NCBI GenBank assembly: GCA_018668595.1
Contig: JABJCP010000013.1
Span: forward strand, 64,116-128,115
Direction of reading: 5' to 3'
Source: Candidatus Woesearchaeota archaeon
GTDB lineage: Archaea > Nanobdellota > Nanobdellia > Woesearchaeales > UBA11576
DNA: 64,000 nucleotides
The position numbers were made by a program, and so were the translations under genes. Of this stretch, positions 10,736-20,649 are shown in pieces (within the stretch, counting starts at the first letter, position 1; every line of letters starts with the position of its first letter). Below the pieces are notes generated by a model that worked only from the letters and a program-made list of their open reading frames with translations, ran no database searches and was not told the origin of the DNA.

Positions 10736-10742
10736 TCACCTC
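10736..10742 (-). promoter_or_regulatory. Shine-Dalgarno GAGGTGA for purE
   Basis: The reverse complement of tcacctc lies 5 nt upstream of the in-frame ATT. It sits between the purB stop and purE. Confidence 0.5.
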
Positions 10743-10745
10743 AAT

Positions 10746-12215
10746 TTAAACATTAATTTCTGAATCAGACTTTCCAATAAGTCCGGCATATTTTTTTAAA
10801 ACAGGATCGACAACGCGAGTTATAAAATCCTCTGTCTGCTCAGGAGCACAACCTGCAAACTTCCAAGGACTTGAAATCATTTCATTCAATTCATCTAACT
10901 CTAAAGGAATAGATTCATCATCAGCAATTCTGAATAATAAATCATTATCTCCTCCTGAATTTTTAACAACCTTGCCTGCAGCAACAGCATGCGTTTTAAC
11001 AAGTTCATGAATATTTTGTCTGCTTTCTCCTCTATCAACACACTCCATAATAATATCTTCTGAAGCCATAAAAGGAAGTTCTGCATTTAGATAACGTGCA
11101 ATTGAATTTTTATAAACAACCATATCTGAAGTGATGTTTTCATAAAGTTTCAAAACAGAGTCACAACAAAGAAATGATTGAGGAATATCAATTCTACGAA
11201 TAGCAGAATCATCAAGTGTTCTTTCAAACCACTGGTTTGCTGCAGTTTGATAAAAATTAAGTGGCTTTGTGAGTAAGAATCTTGCAAGAGAAGTCATACG
11301 CTCACTACGCATAGGATTTCGTTTGTAAGGCATTGCACTACTTCCGGTTTGATTTTGAGCAAAAGGTTCTTCTTGAATTTTAAGATTAGACATGAGTCTC
11401 ATATCCACTGCAAACTTATGTGCAGAAATAGCAATACCTGTTAATGTTTCTGCAAGTTTTGTATCTAATTTTCTAGGATATGTTTGTCCAGTAACTGGAA
11501 AAGACGAATTAAAACCTAACTTTTTTGAAACAATATCGTCGAGCTGTTGAACTTTATCATAATTATTTTTGAATAATTTTAGATAGGATGCCTGAGTTCC
11601 AGTAGTTCCTTTAACACCTCTTGCGTCGAGTACATTATTTTCAAAAAAATCAAGATACTCCAAGTCTGTTAATAAATCCTGAATATATAATGTGTGTCTT
11701 TTTCCAACTGTTGTTGGTTGCGCAGGTTGGTAATGAGTATAACCTAAAGTTACTAAATCTTTATGCTCGAATGCAAAATTTCTTAAATTAGAAATTACAG
11801 AAACAAGACCTTCTCGAATATAATTTACTCCTTTTTTTATTTGAAGAAGTTCAGAATTACAAGTAACAAAACAACTAGTAGCACCAAGATGAATAATTGG
11901 TTCTGCATTAGGACATTGTTGTCCAAAAGCATAAACATGCGCCATAACATCATGCCTTATTTCATTTTCTTTTTGCTTTGCAACATCAAAATTAATATTA
12001 TCTACAAATTGACTAAGATCATAAACTTGACTTTCAGTTACAATAAGATTATCTTCACTATCTTTAAGACCCATTTCATTTTGAGCCTGTGCTAAAGCAA
12101 CCCAACATTCTCTCCATAAAGAAAACTTTGTCTGATTAGAGAAAAGTTCTTGCATTCTTTTGCTAGTATATCTTCCGACCAATGGTTCGACATAAATATC
12201 GTTTATGTTTTGCAT
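10746..12215 (-). CDS. purB: adenylosuccinate lyase
   Basis: Has the fumarate-lyase signature GSSAMPYKRNP and matches over its full length. Confidence 0.9.
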   Translation of the reverse strand: MQNINDIYVEPLVGRYTSKRMQELFSNQTKFSLWRECWVALAQAQNEMGLKDSEDNLIVTESQVYDLSQFVDNINFDVAKQKENEIRHDVMAHVYAFGQQCPNAEPIIHLGATSCFVTCNSELLQIKKGVNYIREGLVSVISNLRNFAFEHKDLVTLGYTHYQPAQPTTVGKRHTLYIQDLLTDLEYLDFFENNVLDARGVKGTTGTQASYLKLFKNNYDKVQQLDDIVSKKLGFNSSFPVTGQTYPRKLDTKLAETLTGIAISAHKFAVDMRLMSNLKIQEEPFAQNQTGSSAMPYKRNPMRSERMTSLARFLLTKPLNFYQTAANQWFERTLDDSAIRRIDIPQSFLCCDSVLKLYENITSDMVVYKNSIARYLNAELPFMASEDIIMECVDRGESRQNIHELVKTHAVAAGKVVKNSGGDNDLLFRIADDESIPLELDELNEMISSPWKFAGCAPEQTEDFITRVVDPVLKKYAGLIGKSDSEINV

Positions 12216-12239
12216 TTTGGATACCTCAGTTTATTTATC

Positions 12240-13598
12240 TTAATGTTTGAATAATCTTTGACCTGTAAATAACATCGGAACATGCACTTTATTGCAAGCC
12301 TCAATTACTTGATAATCATTAATACTTCCGCCAGGTTGAACAACTCCTGCTATTCCCTGTGCAAGTCCTACCTCTACACCGTCGGGAAATGGAAAAAAAC
12401 CATCTGAAATCATAATACTACAATCAAGACCTGCACAATTTTTTGAAACTTCTGAATTAATTAATTCTGCTTGACTTGTTGTGATATCTGCGTAGGGTAT
12501 TTTATATTTTAACCAAGCAGCACGATCTTTTGCTTTATCATATGCTTTTGCAACTGCAATCTTTGCAACACCAACACGATCCTGCTCGCCCGTACCAATA
12601 GCCACAGTAGTTTCGTCTTTTACAAAAATAATTGAATTTGACGTAACTCCATACTCTACTGCTAAACCAAACTCAACATCAGGTTTTAGATCTGTAGAAA
12701 AATTAGATGCTGATTTGTATTTTTGTTTTCTATACGTATGATGTGCAGGAACTAAATTTTCAAAAGAATTATTTAACTTCTGATTAAGCTGTAGAACCAT
12801 ACCCCCATCAGATAATGATTTAAATTCTAAATAATTAGAATTAACAAAATCCTGAAGACGATTTATGTTCTTTATTTTAATAATTCTCAAATTTTTCTTT
12901 TTTTCAAACAAGTCCAAAACGCCATCTTCAAACTCAGGAGCTGCAATAACCTCTGCATAATTATCACAAATAGACTCTGCAGTAATTTTATCAATAGATT
13001 GATTAAAAACAACTGCGCCACCAAAAGCAGCAACACGATCTGCAAGGTTTGCAGTCTGATATGCTTTGACGAGAGAATCTTTTCTTGACACACCACAAGG
13101 ATTATTATGCTTAACAATAACACAACTTGGTCTGGCTCCTAAATATTTTAAAATGTTTAAAGCAGAATCAACATCAGTCAAATTAATTTTGCCAGGATGT
13201 TTGCCTGATTGAACTAATTCAGGAAATGAAACCAAATAATTATCAGGAGAAATAATCTCTATATCACCAATAAGAAGATTTCCATTAATTAATCTATACA
13301 GTGCTGCGGGCTGATCTGGATTTTCACCATAACGCAAACCTTTTTTTTCATATAATCCTGAATCTTTATTTAAGATGCCCCACTCGGTTTTTGCATATAA
13401 CAAAGATTGACCATCAATAATATTTCCAGTGGACTCGTCTATTGCATCAAAAAAAGTTTGACGAATAAATCTAGGAAAAGGATCGTCATTTATTGTCTTG
13501 TATATTGTTTGGAGTTTAGATTTTGAACTATTTTTCAAATTTTGTTTATCATTTTTCAATTTATTCACCCAGTTTATTAAGTATTGTTGGATATGCAA
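12240..13598 (-). CDS. purH: AICAR transformylase domain of PurH (C-terminal half of the bifunctional enzyme, as a separate ORF)
   Basis: Has GLRYGENPDQ, CVIVKHNNPCGV, and AFGGAVVFN, a C-terminal FTGQRLFKH. The TTG start overlaps the upstream ORF by 38 nt. Confidence 0.8.
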   Translation of the reverse strand: MHIQQYLINWVNKLKNDKQNLKNSSKSKLQTIYKTINDDPFPRFIRQTFFDAIDESTGNIIDGQSLLYAKTEWGILNKDSGLYEKKGLRYGENPDQPAALYRLINGNLLIGDIEIISPDNYLVSFPELVQSGKHPGKINLTDVDSALNILKYLGARPSCVIVKHNNPCGVSRKDSLVKAYQTANLADRVAAFGGAVVFNQSIDKITAESICDNYAEVIAAPEFEDGVLDLFEKKKNLRIIKIKNINRLQDFVNSNYLEFKSLSDGGMVLQLNQKLNNSFENLVPAHHTYRKQKYKSASNFSTDLKPDVEFGLAVEYGVTSNSIIFVKDETTVAIGTGEQDRVGVAKIAVAKAYDKAKDRAAWLKYKIPYADITTSQAELINSEVSKNCAGLDCSIMISDGFFPFPDGVEVGLAQGIAGVVQPGGSINDYQVIEACNKVHVPMLFTGQRLFKH

Positions 13599-14271
13599 AA
13601 CTAATATCTTTCACTGTTCTCGTAATAAAATAATTTGCAATCAAAGAATCATATTGCGCAGTATGAATAAATGCTTGCTGTGCACAATATAATCTAAATT
13701 TAAGATTTGTATGTCCTTTAGTTTGTTTTAATTTATCTATTAAAAAAGGATAATCTGCAGGATTAACAACAACTCCAACTCTTAAAAAGTTTTTTGCAGC
13801 AGCTCTAACCATGCTCGGACCACCAATATCAATATTACCTCGCGCATCTTCAAAATGAACAGGATCTTTACCAGATTTATTTGAAATAACCTGAGAAAAA
13901 GGATAAAGATTGCACACAACAAGATCAATAGGTTCTGCATTTTCTCGTCTAAGATCATCTTGGTGTGCTTGCGAATAAGTTTCAGTTAAGTAACCTAAAA
14001 AAAGTTTATGGTGCAAGGTTTTAACAAGACCCCCTTCTGTTGGAGGCATATCAGTATATGATTTTACATCGCTCAAATTTTTAAATGAATTTTCTCCTAA
14101 AATCTCAGTTATCTTTTTGTAAGTTCCGCCAGTAGAATAAATATTCACACCAGGAATAATTTTAATTAAATCATGGATGAGCTGGTCTAAACCTGATTTA
14201 TCAGACACACTAATCACTACATTTTTTATTTTTACCAAATCATCAATTTGTTCTACACGACGAATAGACAT
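13561..14271 (-). CDS. purH: IMP cyclohydrolase (MGS-like) domain of PurH (N-terminal half, as a separate ORF)
   Basis: Has ISVSDKSGL, STGGT, GGLVKTLHHKLF, and DLVVCNLYPF, IDIGGPSMVRAAAKN. It ends 21 codons after the IANYF interdomain-linker motif. Confidence 0.8.
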   Translation of the reverse strand: MSIRRVEQIDDLVKIKNVVISVSDKSGLDQLIHDLIKIIPGVNIYSTGGTYKKITEILGENSFKNLSDVKSYTDMPPTEGGLVKTLHHKLFLGYLTETYSQAHQDDLRRENAEPIDLVVCNLYPFSQVISNKSGKDPVHFEDARGNIDIGGPSMVRAAAKNFLRVGVVVNPADYPFLIDKLKQTKGHTNLKFRLYCAQQAFIHTAQYDSLIANYFITRTVKDISFAYPTILNKLGE

Positions 14272-14274
14272 TGT

Positions 14275-15294
14275 TTATACGCCCTCTTCATTAAAATTTT
14301 TTTTCATATAAACCGGATGGATGTTTAGTCCATGAAAATTAAAATTAATATCAAAACCTCGATTTCTTAGTTTTGAAATTCCTCTATACAAGTAAGTAAA
14401 TTCTAAACTGTTTGGCGTGTTTTTTGGGATGTAATAACCGCACAAGTTAGGATTTATTATGTTACCCTCTTTTTTTATTTTGATCTCATCATAAAATTCA
14501 TCAAATGAAAGAATAAACTCATACTTCTTTGATTTATCTTCTCCTTCAAATACATTTAACATATAATCGATTTTGTTTCTTTGCATTTTTTCTAAATTAA
14601 TTTCAACTTCAGAATCATTATTAAAAATCACTTTACCTTCTGCGAACCATTGAAGACAGGTTGAAATTTGATCATATTCTAAGTTCTTGCCTCTATCACT
14701 TAATGAATCTGAGTCGTCATCAAGAGTTATTTTCATTGGAGTTTGACAAATCACAGGACCGTGATCTACTTTATCGTTGACAAAATGAAATGTTACACAA
14801 GTCCAGTCATTTCTTCTCACTGCATCTTTGTGATAACCTAATGCCCAATCATAACCTCCAATCCCTTGAAATTCTAAGGGTGCAGGGTGAGTATTTAGAA
14901 CACGATTTGGAAATTTAGACAGGAAATGGCCTGTGATGATTCTTTCATATCCTAATAAAACAACATAATCAGGATTGTATTCTAAAAGTCCTTTCTGATT
15001 ATTGTAACCTTTAAGCAGTCTCTCTTCCTGAAGAATTCTTTCGAGTAGTTTACGTTCTTTTCTTTTTGTGCTTTCTAAATTTGAACTTGTAATTTTTTGA
15101 ACTGGAACTGAAAGTGTTGGAATGTTATGATTTTTTGCACGCCCTAATGCAAAACATTCTGGCTCGTCGCTAAAAACACAAACCACTTCAAAATCAAAAT
15201 CAGGTTTGAAACTGTTATCGATAACACTTTGCAAACAAGTTCCACTACCTGAAGCTCCAACTGCAAGTTTTAATTTATTGTTAAGTTTATTCAT
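14275..15294 (-). CDS. purN: GAR transformylase with a roughly 140-aa C-terminal extension
   Basis: Has LAVGASGSGTCLQSVID (compare SGxGSNLQA) and YVVLLGYERII...NTHPAP (compare NIHPSLLP). Confidence 0.65.
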   Translation of the reverse strand: MNKLNNKLKLAVGASGSGTCLQSVIDNSFKPDFDFEVVCVFSDEPECFALGRAKNHNIPTLSVPVQKITSSNLESTKRKERKLLERILQEERLLKGYNNQKGLLEYNPDYVVLLGYERIITGHFLSKFPNRVLNTHPAPLEFQGIGGYDWALGYHKDAVRRNDWTCVTFHFVNDKVDHGPVICQTPMKITLDDDSDSLSDRGKNLEYDQISTCLQWFAEGKVIFNNDSEVEINLEKMQRNKIDYMLNVFEGEDKSKKYEFILSFDEFYDEIKIKKEGNIINPNLCGYYIPKNTPNSLEFTYLYRGISKLRNRGFDINFNFHGLNIHPVYMKKNFNEEGV

Positions 15295-16597
15295 TTTCGA
15301 AGTTATTTTTACCTATATCTGTACGATATGCACTATTATCAAACTTTATGATTTTAATAGCACTGTATGCTCTATCAACTGCATCCAAATGATCTGTGCC
15401 AAGAGCAGTAATTCCTAACACTCTCCCCCCTGCAGTTCTGACGATTGATTCATCTTTTTTAGTGCCTGCATGAAACGCATAAAATCCATTTAATTCAGAA
15501 ATCTCAGTTAACTGTTTTAAACCCAAAATCTTACAACCAGACCTGTACTTTCCAGGATATAACTTTGAAACTGCAACAACACAACAAGCATGAGCCTGTT
15601 TATTACTCCACTCAAATCCATCTAATTTTTTTTCGATAATTGCTTGGCCAAGTTCATACCAATCATTATTATTTAGTGGAACAATAACTTGCGTCTCTGG
15701 ATCTCCTAAACGTACATTATATTCGAGAACCTTAGGTCCTTCATCTGTTAACATAAGTGCAATATATAAAAATCCTTTATAATCAAAATTCTCTGCTCGT
15801 AAACCTTCCAATGTTGGTTCAATAATAGTATCTTCAATTATTTGATCAAGTTCTTTTGTTATAAGTTTTGTTGGAGCATAAGCACCCATACCCCCTGTGT
15901 TGGGACCTTTATCATTATTGAATCTCCTTTTATGATCTCTAGAATAAGATAATTTTTTGTAAGATTTACCGTCGGTAACTAAAGTTAAACTAACTTCAGG
16001 TCCAACCAAACACTCTTCTAAAATATAATCATTACCTGCAGAACCAAAATTATTTTTTAAATTTTTAATTGCTTTAATTGCTTCAGATTTAGAATTACAA
16101 ACATAAACTCCTTTACCCGCACAAAGACCATCTGCTTTAACAACAATAGGCGCTCCAACAATATTGATATATTCTATGCCAAGATCTACAGAACTGTTTT
16201 TGAACGGAACAAAATTAGGAATAGGAATATTATATTTTTTCATAAACTCTCTTGCGAAAATTTTACTCCCTTCTAAAACTGCTGAACGTTTATTTGGCGC
16301 TATTATGTTAAGATTTGCAATTTCAAAAGCATCAGCAATTCCTTTAACTAAAGAATCTTCAGGACCAACCCAAGTTTGATCAATGTTATTATCTTTTGCA
16401 AAATTAACTAATGCAGAAATATCATTTGGAGAAATGTTTATGTTTAATTTAGTACCTCCATTACCCTGTGCGCAAAAAACTTTATCAACATGTTTACTTT
16501 GAGAAAGTTTCCAACACAAAACATGTTCTCGTCCTCCACTTCCAACTACTAGAATATTTTTCCCTTTTTTTTCTTCTTGTTTAATTCCCTTCTTCAT
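15287..16597 (-). CDS. purD: GAR synthetase
   Basis: Has ILVVGSGGREHVLCWKLSQS and an ATP-grasp core. The start is placed at the internal ATG, which is preceded by GGTGAT. The ORF-track start at 16657 is probably an over-extension. Confidence 0.85.
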   Translation of the reverse strand: MKKGIKQEEKKGKNILVVGSGGREHVLCWKLSQSKHVDKVFCAQGNGGTKLNINISPNDISALVNFAKDNNIDQTWVGPEDSLVKGIADAFEIANLNIIAPNKRSAVLEGSKIFAREFMKKYNIPIPNFVPFKNSSVDLGIEYINIVGAPIVVKADGLCAGKGVYVCNSKSEAIKAIKNLKNNFGSAGNDYILEECLVGPEVSLTLVTDGKSYKKLSYSRDHKRRFNNDKGPNTGGMGAYAPTKLITKELDQIIEDTIIEPTLEGLRAENFDYKGFLYIALMLTDEGPKVLEYNVRLGDPETQVIVPLNNNDWYELGQAIIEKKLDGFEWSNKQAHACCVVAVSKLYPGKYRSGCKILGLKQLTEISELNGFYAFHAGTKKDESIVRTAGGRVLGITALGTDHLDAVDRAYSAIKIIKFDNSAYRTDIGKNNFENE

Positions 16598-16697
16598 CAA
16601 ATCACCTTTTTTTAACTTAACTATGCTATTAACTAAAATAATTAACCGCAATATCAAAAATAATTAAATGCATTAACTAAAATAATTAAATGCAATA

Positions 16698-17552
16698 TCA
16701 AAAATAGTTAACTGCATTATCAAAAATAGTTAAACAATCTGTAAACTTAGGCATATCAATATCCATTCTAGATCTATACTCTCTATCAAGTGTAAAAAAT
16801 TCATTTTGAACAGAATAAATTGCGCGTTCTGGATGAGGCATTAAACCAAAAAATCTTCCAGAAGGATCACAAATACCTGCAATGTCGTCAAGAGAACCAT
16901 TAGGATTTGCATCACCTATTGCTTTTGAACCATCCTTGTTTATATATTTCAAAACAATTTGATTTGAACTTCTTAATTGCTCCATAATATTTTCGGGAGC
17001 ATAAAATCTCCCTTCACCATGTGCTATAGGCAGGTGAAGTCTACTAATGTTTTTTGTCCAAACACAACCAGTTCCTAATTCTTCAGACTTAACATATTCT
17101 TGATCTTCAGATTCGATATATTCTTGATTATTAGAAAGATAAACCCAAAGATCTCTGTATCTTGCAGATGAATTAAACGTGAGTGCAGTTTTTGAAGTTC
17201 CATAATTTTTATCTCCTATAGGAAAAAAACCAAGATGCGACATAATTTGAAATCCATTACAAATACCAATTGCAAGAGTATCTCGCTCTATGAATTTTTC
17301 TATTTGTTCGCTAAGATTATCTCTAACAATATTTGCATAAGCAAGACCAGAACCCGTATCATCACCCATACTAAAACCACCAGGAAAAACAAGAATGTTA
17401 CAATCATCAATTAAAAATTTATTTTCGATAATATCAGTAATATGAACAATTTGAGTTTTTGCACCGACGAGATCGAAAGCATGAGCTGTTTCGCGCTCGC
17501 AGTTAATACCATAACCGCTCATGATTAAAGTTTTTGGTTTGAATTCGCTCAA
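16698..17552 (-). CDS. purQ: FGAM synthase glutaminase subunit (class I glutamine amidotransferase)
   Basis: Has the GICNGFQ nucleophile elbow and the HPE catalytic pair (MPHPERA). Confidence 0.85.
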   Translation of the reverse strand: MSEFKPKTLIMSGYGINCERETAHAFDLVGAKTQIVHITDIIENKFLIDDCNILVFPGGFSMGDDTGSGLAYANIVRDNLSEQIEKFIERDTLAIGICNGFQIMSHLGFFPIGDKNYGTSKTALTFNSSARYRDLWVYLSNNQEYIESEDQEYVKSEELGTGCVWTKNISRLHLPIAHGEGRFYAPENIMEQLRSSNQIVLKYINKDGSKAIGDANPNGSLDDIAGICDPSGRFFGLMPHPERAIYSVQNEFFTLDREYRSRMDIDMPKFTDCLTIFDNAVNYF

Positions 17553-17553
17553 A

Positions 17554-20500
17554 TTAATAACCCCTCAATGTTTTTTTATAAGCCTCAGAGAGATCATTTA
17601 TTGATGAATCAATAATTTTCTTATCACTTTTTGAAATAGTGAATGAATTATTCTCTGAAACAAAACCAATACATGCATAAGGAATTTTGTTTAACTTATT
17701 TTCGAACAAATATTTTTTTTCAGGATCGACAGTCACAACAAATCTGCTTTGAGACTCAGAAAATAAAACATGATCTATGCGCTTAACAAGATATGCTGCA
17801 GGAGAACATAATAAACTATCCAATTCTATTTGCATTCCCAATTGCCCTCCAATAGCAATTTTTGCTAACGTAACTCCAATACCCCCTACACCAACAGACG
17901 CGCAACTAGCGACCAGGCCAGATTCAATAATATTCTCCACTGTTCTATAAACCTCCAGTGCAAAAGTAGCATTAACTGATGGAACAATTCCTCCAACAAA
18001 TTCGCGATTTCTATTAGGATCAGATTCTCCAATCATTGCGTGATACTCTGATCCCCCTAATTCTTTTTTTGTACTGTTAATTATATAAACCAAATCACCA
18101 GGAACTTTAGCCTCCAATGTTTGACATTTGCGTACATCAGGAATAATACTTTGACCAGAAATAAGAAGAGCAGGGAGTGCATCAATTTTAACAGTATTTC
18201 CATTTTCATCGAATCCCTTGAATGTATTAAACATACTATCTTTTCCAGAAACAAAAGGCGTTTGATAAACAGTTGCATAATCAAAACATGCTTTTGCTGC
18301 TCTCTTTAATTGACCAAGACGCTCAGGCTCGTCGCTGGAACACCAACAAAAATTATCCAACAAAACCATTCTATCAAGTTTAGCTCCTGCTGCAATCATA
18401 TTTCTCACCGCAGTATCAATTGCACAACTAGCCATATGATATGTATCAATAAGACTATATCTTGGATAAAGAGATTGCGTAGACACAACTCCTTTCATAG
18501 AACTCAAAACTGGTCGAGTGATGGTCGCATCAGAATCAACTTTTCCTTTACCAACCATTGGCTTAATTACAGAACCTCCTTGAACCTCATGATCAAACTG
18601 TTCATAAATAAATTCTTTACTACAAATGTTTAATCTTGAAAGCATGGAATTAAGAGTATTTGTAAGATCATTTTGTTCTTTAATAAACGGTTCTTCATGT
18701 TTGTAAAGATCAGGTGTCCAAGTTGTTTTTAAATTTCTCTGAGGAAGACCATCATGAAAAAAATCAAGATCTAAGTCGAGAACTAGTTCTCCATTGAATG
18801 ATGCGACTGCTTTTTTTGAATCATTAAATTCTCCAATAACTGTTGCCTCGACATCATGTTTTTTTGAAATTTTCATAAATTCGACTATTTTGTTTTTTGG
18901 AACTGAAAAAGTAAAACGCTCTTGAGATTCAGAAATAAGAATTTGATCAGGACGCATACCAGGATATTTTAAAGGTACTTTGTTTAAATCTATATTTGCT
19001 CCACCAGACTCCTTTGCCATTTCATAAACAGAACAAGAAAGACCTCCTGCACCATTATCAGTAATTGACGTGTATAGATTTTTATCTCTTAGTTCTTTAA
19101 CAATTGCATCGCTTGATTTTTTCTGAGTAATAGGATCTCCAATTTGCACAGCACTTGCAGGTGAACCTGAATCCATAGATTCACTAGAAAAAGTTGCACC
19201 ATGAATACCATCAAGACCGACTCTACCGCCAAGCATAACCACAAGATCTCCTGATTTTGCTTTTTTCTCCCAAGAATTCCGATTTGCAGATTTGAGTGGA
19301 AGAATTCCATCAACACCGACAAAAACTAAAGGCTTGCCACTAAATGAATCATGAAAAAAAGCACTACCTTGAGGCGTTGGAATACCTGATTTATTTCCTC
19401 CATCTTTAACACCTTCAATAACACCATCCATAATACTTCTCGGACTAAGAATTTTTTGTTCAAGAAGTCCACTTTCTTGATTTTTATTTTTGAAAAGTTG
19501 ACGTTTACTTTTTGGATCTGCAAAACAAAAAAAGAATCTATGATTATAAGGCATAGCTCCAAGACCTGCACCTACCGCATCACGATCAACTCCAACAATC
19601 CCAGTAATTGCACCACCATAAGGATCTAAAGCTGACGGAGAATTATGAGTTTCAACTTTAACAGTAATTGCGTACTCCTCATTGAATTTAATAATCCCAG
19701 AATTATCTTTGAAAACAGAAAGAAGATAATCCTCTTTTTGTCTATTTTTCCAAGATGTTCTTATTTTATTTGTGGCTCCGCGAATAAACGTTTTGTAAAT
19801 ATTATTAACTGTTGCTGATAATTCGTCATCTAAATTTGCTGCAAAAATTGTGTGTTTGCAATGTTCAGACCAAGTTTGTGCTAAACATTCAAGTTCAACA
19901 TCAGTCGGATCTCTTTTTAGTTTTTCAAAATGTTGTTGAATTATTTTAATAGGAATTCCTTCGTCGACATCTAATGCTAAAGGTCCACGCCTTATTTTTG
20001 TGATTGGATCTAAAATTCCTTGTTTTGCTATAAGTTTAAGTTCAGATTCAGAAATGTCCCTTATTGGAACAACCATTGCAGTTGGCTTATTTTCTAAAAT
20101 AACTTGAGGAACATATGGCAAAAATCCATTATTCAAAAAATCATTTCCTGATTTTACAACAATATTTTCTATAAGAGGATTTGCTAAAATATTGCCAATA
20201 GAATTTAGAATATTTTGATTTAATTCTTGTCCATTAATTAATAAATATCTCGTTGAGTGAACAGATTCGTTCGTGTCGAATAGTTCATTTAATTTTGCTT
20301 CAATTCCTTTTCTTGCAGTTGTTGCAACATTATCTGTAACACCTGGTTTGAAACCAATCTCCAAAGCAAAATCACAATTTTCTTTGAATGAATCATCTAT
20401 TTGATAAATTTGAGAAACCGGATTAGTTAAAGACTCTGCAATTAATTTTAGAGTTTCTTTTGGAACATTTTTATTTATAGTGTATGAATCAACAACATCA

Positions 20501-20622
20501 ACAGAATTAATGTTTGCTTGTGGAATTGCACCTTCCTCCATTAAAGAAATTAATTTATTTTTTATAACTTCTCCTCGAGAATCAATCCCTAATTTATATT
20601 TTACTTCAATTCGATTTGCCAT
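17554..20622 (-). CDS. purL: FGAM synthase large subunit with two N-terminal PurS-like domains (PurS-PurS-PurL fusion)
   Basis: Residues 1-80 and about 85-165 each resemble PurS (VKYKLGIDSRGEV..., LEIGFKPGVTDNVATTARKGIE...). The PurL/AIRS-like core follows, 1022 aa in total. Confidence 0.85.
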   Translation of the reverse strand: MANRIEVKYKLGIDSRGEVIKNKLISLMEEGAIPQANINSVDVVDSYTINKNVPKETLKLIAESLTNPVSQIYQIDDSFKENCDFALEIGFKPGVTDNVATTARKGIEAKLNELFDTNESVHSTRYLLINGQELNQNILNSIGNILANPLIENIVVKSGNDFLNNGFLPYVPQVILENKPTAMVVPIRDISESELKLIAKQGILDPITKIRRGPLALDVDEGIPIKIIQQHFEKLKRDPTDVELECLAQTWSEHCKHTIFAANLDDELSATVNNIYKTFIRGATNKIRTSWKNRQKEDYLLSVFKDNSGIIKFNEEYAITVKVETHNSPSALDPYGGAITGIVGVDRDAVGAGLGAMPYNHRFFFCFADPKSKRQLFKNKNQESGLLEQKILSPRSIMDGVIEGVKDGGNKSGIPTPQGSAFFHDSFSGKPLVFVGVDGILPLKSANRNSWEKKAKSGDLVVMLGGRVGLDGIHGATFSSESMDSGSPASAVQIGDPITQKKSSDAIVKELRDKNLYTSITDNGAGGLSCSVYEMAKESGGANIDLNKVPLKYPGMRPDQILISESQERFTFSVPKNKIVEFMKISKKHDVEATVIGEFNDSKKAVASFNGELVLDLDLDFFHDGLPQRNLKTTWTPDLYKHEEPFIKEQNDLTNTLNSMLSRLNICSKEFIYEQFDHEVQGGSVIKPMVGKGKVDSDATITRPVLSSMKGVVSTQSLYPRYSLIDTYHMASCAIDTAVRNMIAAGAKLDRMVLLDNFCWCSSDEPERLGQLKRAAKACFDYATVYQTPFVSGKDSMFNTFKGFDENGNTVKIDALPALLISGQSIIPDVRKCQTLEAKVPGDLVYIINSTKKELGGSEYHAMIGESDPNRNREFVGGIVPSVNATFALEVYRTVENIIESGLVASCASVGVGGIGVTLAKIAIGGQLGMQIELDSLLCSPAAYLVKRIDHVLFSESQSRFVVTVDPEKKYLFENKLNKIPYACIGFVSENNSFTISKSDKKIIDSSINDLSEAYKKTLRGY

Positions 20623-20649
20623 ACGCCCATACCTTGATTGATACCTTAC

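Noticed and set aside
10586-10745. purB-purE translational fusion by stop-codon read-through
   Set aside because: purB and purE are in the same frame, but two stops (TAA then TGA) separate them. A Shine-Dalgarno motif with an ATT directly after the second stop fits independent initiation better.
18081-18633. Several 60-110-aa ORFs on both strands inside purL (18081..18284, 18121..18309, 18310..18633, 19089..19571)
   Set aside because: They lie fully within the strongly supported purL reading frame and are low-complexity with no motifs. They are typical antisense or alternate-frame artefacts of AT-rich DNA.
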